Shown here one piece after another: positions 63,601 to 64,000 of a stretch of 64,000 nt of DNA (position 1 is the stretch's first letter; each line of letters opens with the position of its first letter). This DNA comes from Stegostoma tigrinum (taxonomy: Eukaryota). The notes below the pieces were generated by a model that was not told where the DNA came from, searched no databases, and saw only the letters and a list, made by a program, of their open reading frames with translations. The stretch lies in the NCBI RefSeq assembly GCF_030684315.1, contig NC_081374.1:27073978-27137977 (forward strand). The letters run 5' to 3'. Both the position numbers and the translations under genes were made by a program.

Positions 63601-64000
63601 GTGCAGCAGGGAATTAAAAAGGCAAATGGAATTTTGTCTGTTATTGCTAGAGGGATGGAGTTTAAAAACAGGGAGTCTATGCTGCAGCTGTATAGGGTCC
63701 TGGTGAGGCCACACCTGGAGTACTGTGTGCAGTTTTGGTCTCCTTACTTGAGAAGAGATATACTAGCACTGGAGGGGGTGCGGAGGAGATTCACTCGATT
63801 GAATCCAGAGTTGAGAGGGTTGGATTTTGAGGAGAGACTGAGTAGACTGGGATTATACTCATTAGAACTCAGAAGAATGAGGGGAGATCTTATAGAAACA
63901 TATAAGATTATGAATGGAATAGATAAGGTGGAGGCAGGGAGGTTGTTTCTGTTAGCAAGTGAAACTAAGGCTAGAGGGCATCGCCTCAAATAAAGGGAAG
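60690..64000 (+). mobile_element. CR1 LINE with 5' UTR, ORF1 (zinc finger + SGNH esterase) and ORF2 (RT), internally deleted and frameshifted; runs off the window
   Basis: ORF1: CCSCMMWE...ICSKC, VVVGHSIIRG, VVVHIGTNNIG. ORF2: EQAILDLVLCNE..SDH, SPGPDEMHPRVLKE, LDFQKALDKVPH, GVPKGSVLG, FADD, LVRPHLEYC. Confidence 0.92.

Overview
Repeat-rich, CpG-depleted vertebrate genomic DNA, most likely a cartilaginous fish (inferred from the mix of CR1, Penelope-like, Tx1, L2 and Gypsy elements). One host gene is present: the 5' part of the p38-alpha MAP kinase gene MAPK14 on the minus strand. It has a CpG-island promoter at ~31.6-32.5 kb and three coding exons at 31801-31916, 11993-12122 and 9392-9450, all with canonical GT-AG sites; exon 4 was not found and probably lies left of the window. 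The rest is mostly transposon debris: a hAT transposase fossil, many CR1 LINE pieces, Tx1, L2, a Gypsy pol fossil and solo LTRs. The most striking pattern is a series of at least nine fold-back Penelope-like (PLE) insertions, 0.12-4.1 kb long, from three distinguishable families. They share one architecture: two arms joined 5'-to-5' with 3' ends pointing outward, one arm with the full 3' terminus and the other stopping ~33-41 nt short, usually inside a 10-19 bp target-site duplication. Most longer arms carry a minimal hammerhead-ribozyme-like motif. Inverted PLE termini and PLE hammerheads are known in general; whether the fixed offset rule is new cannot be decided without searches.
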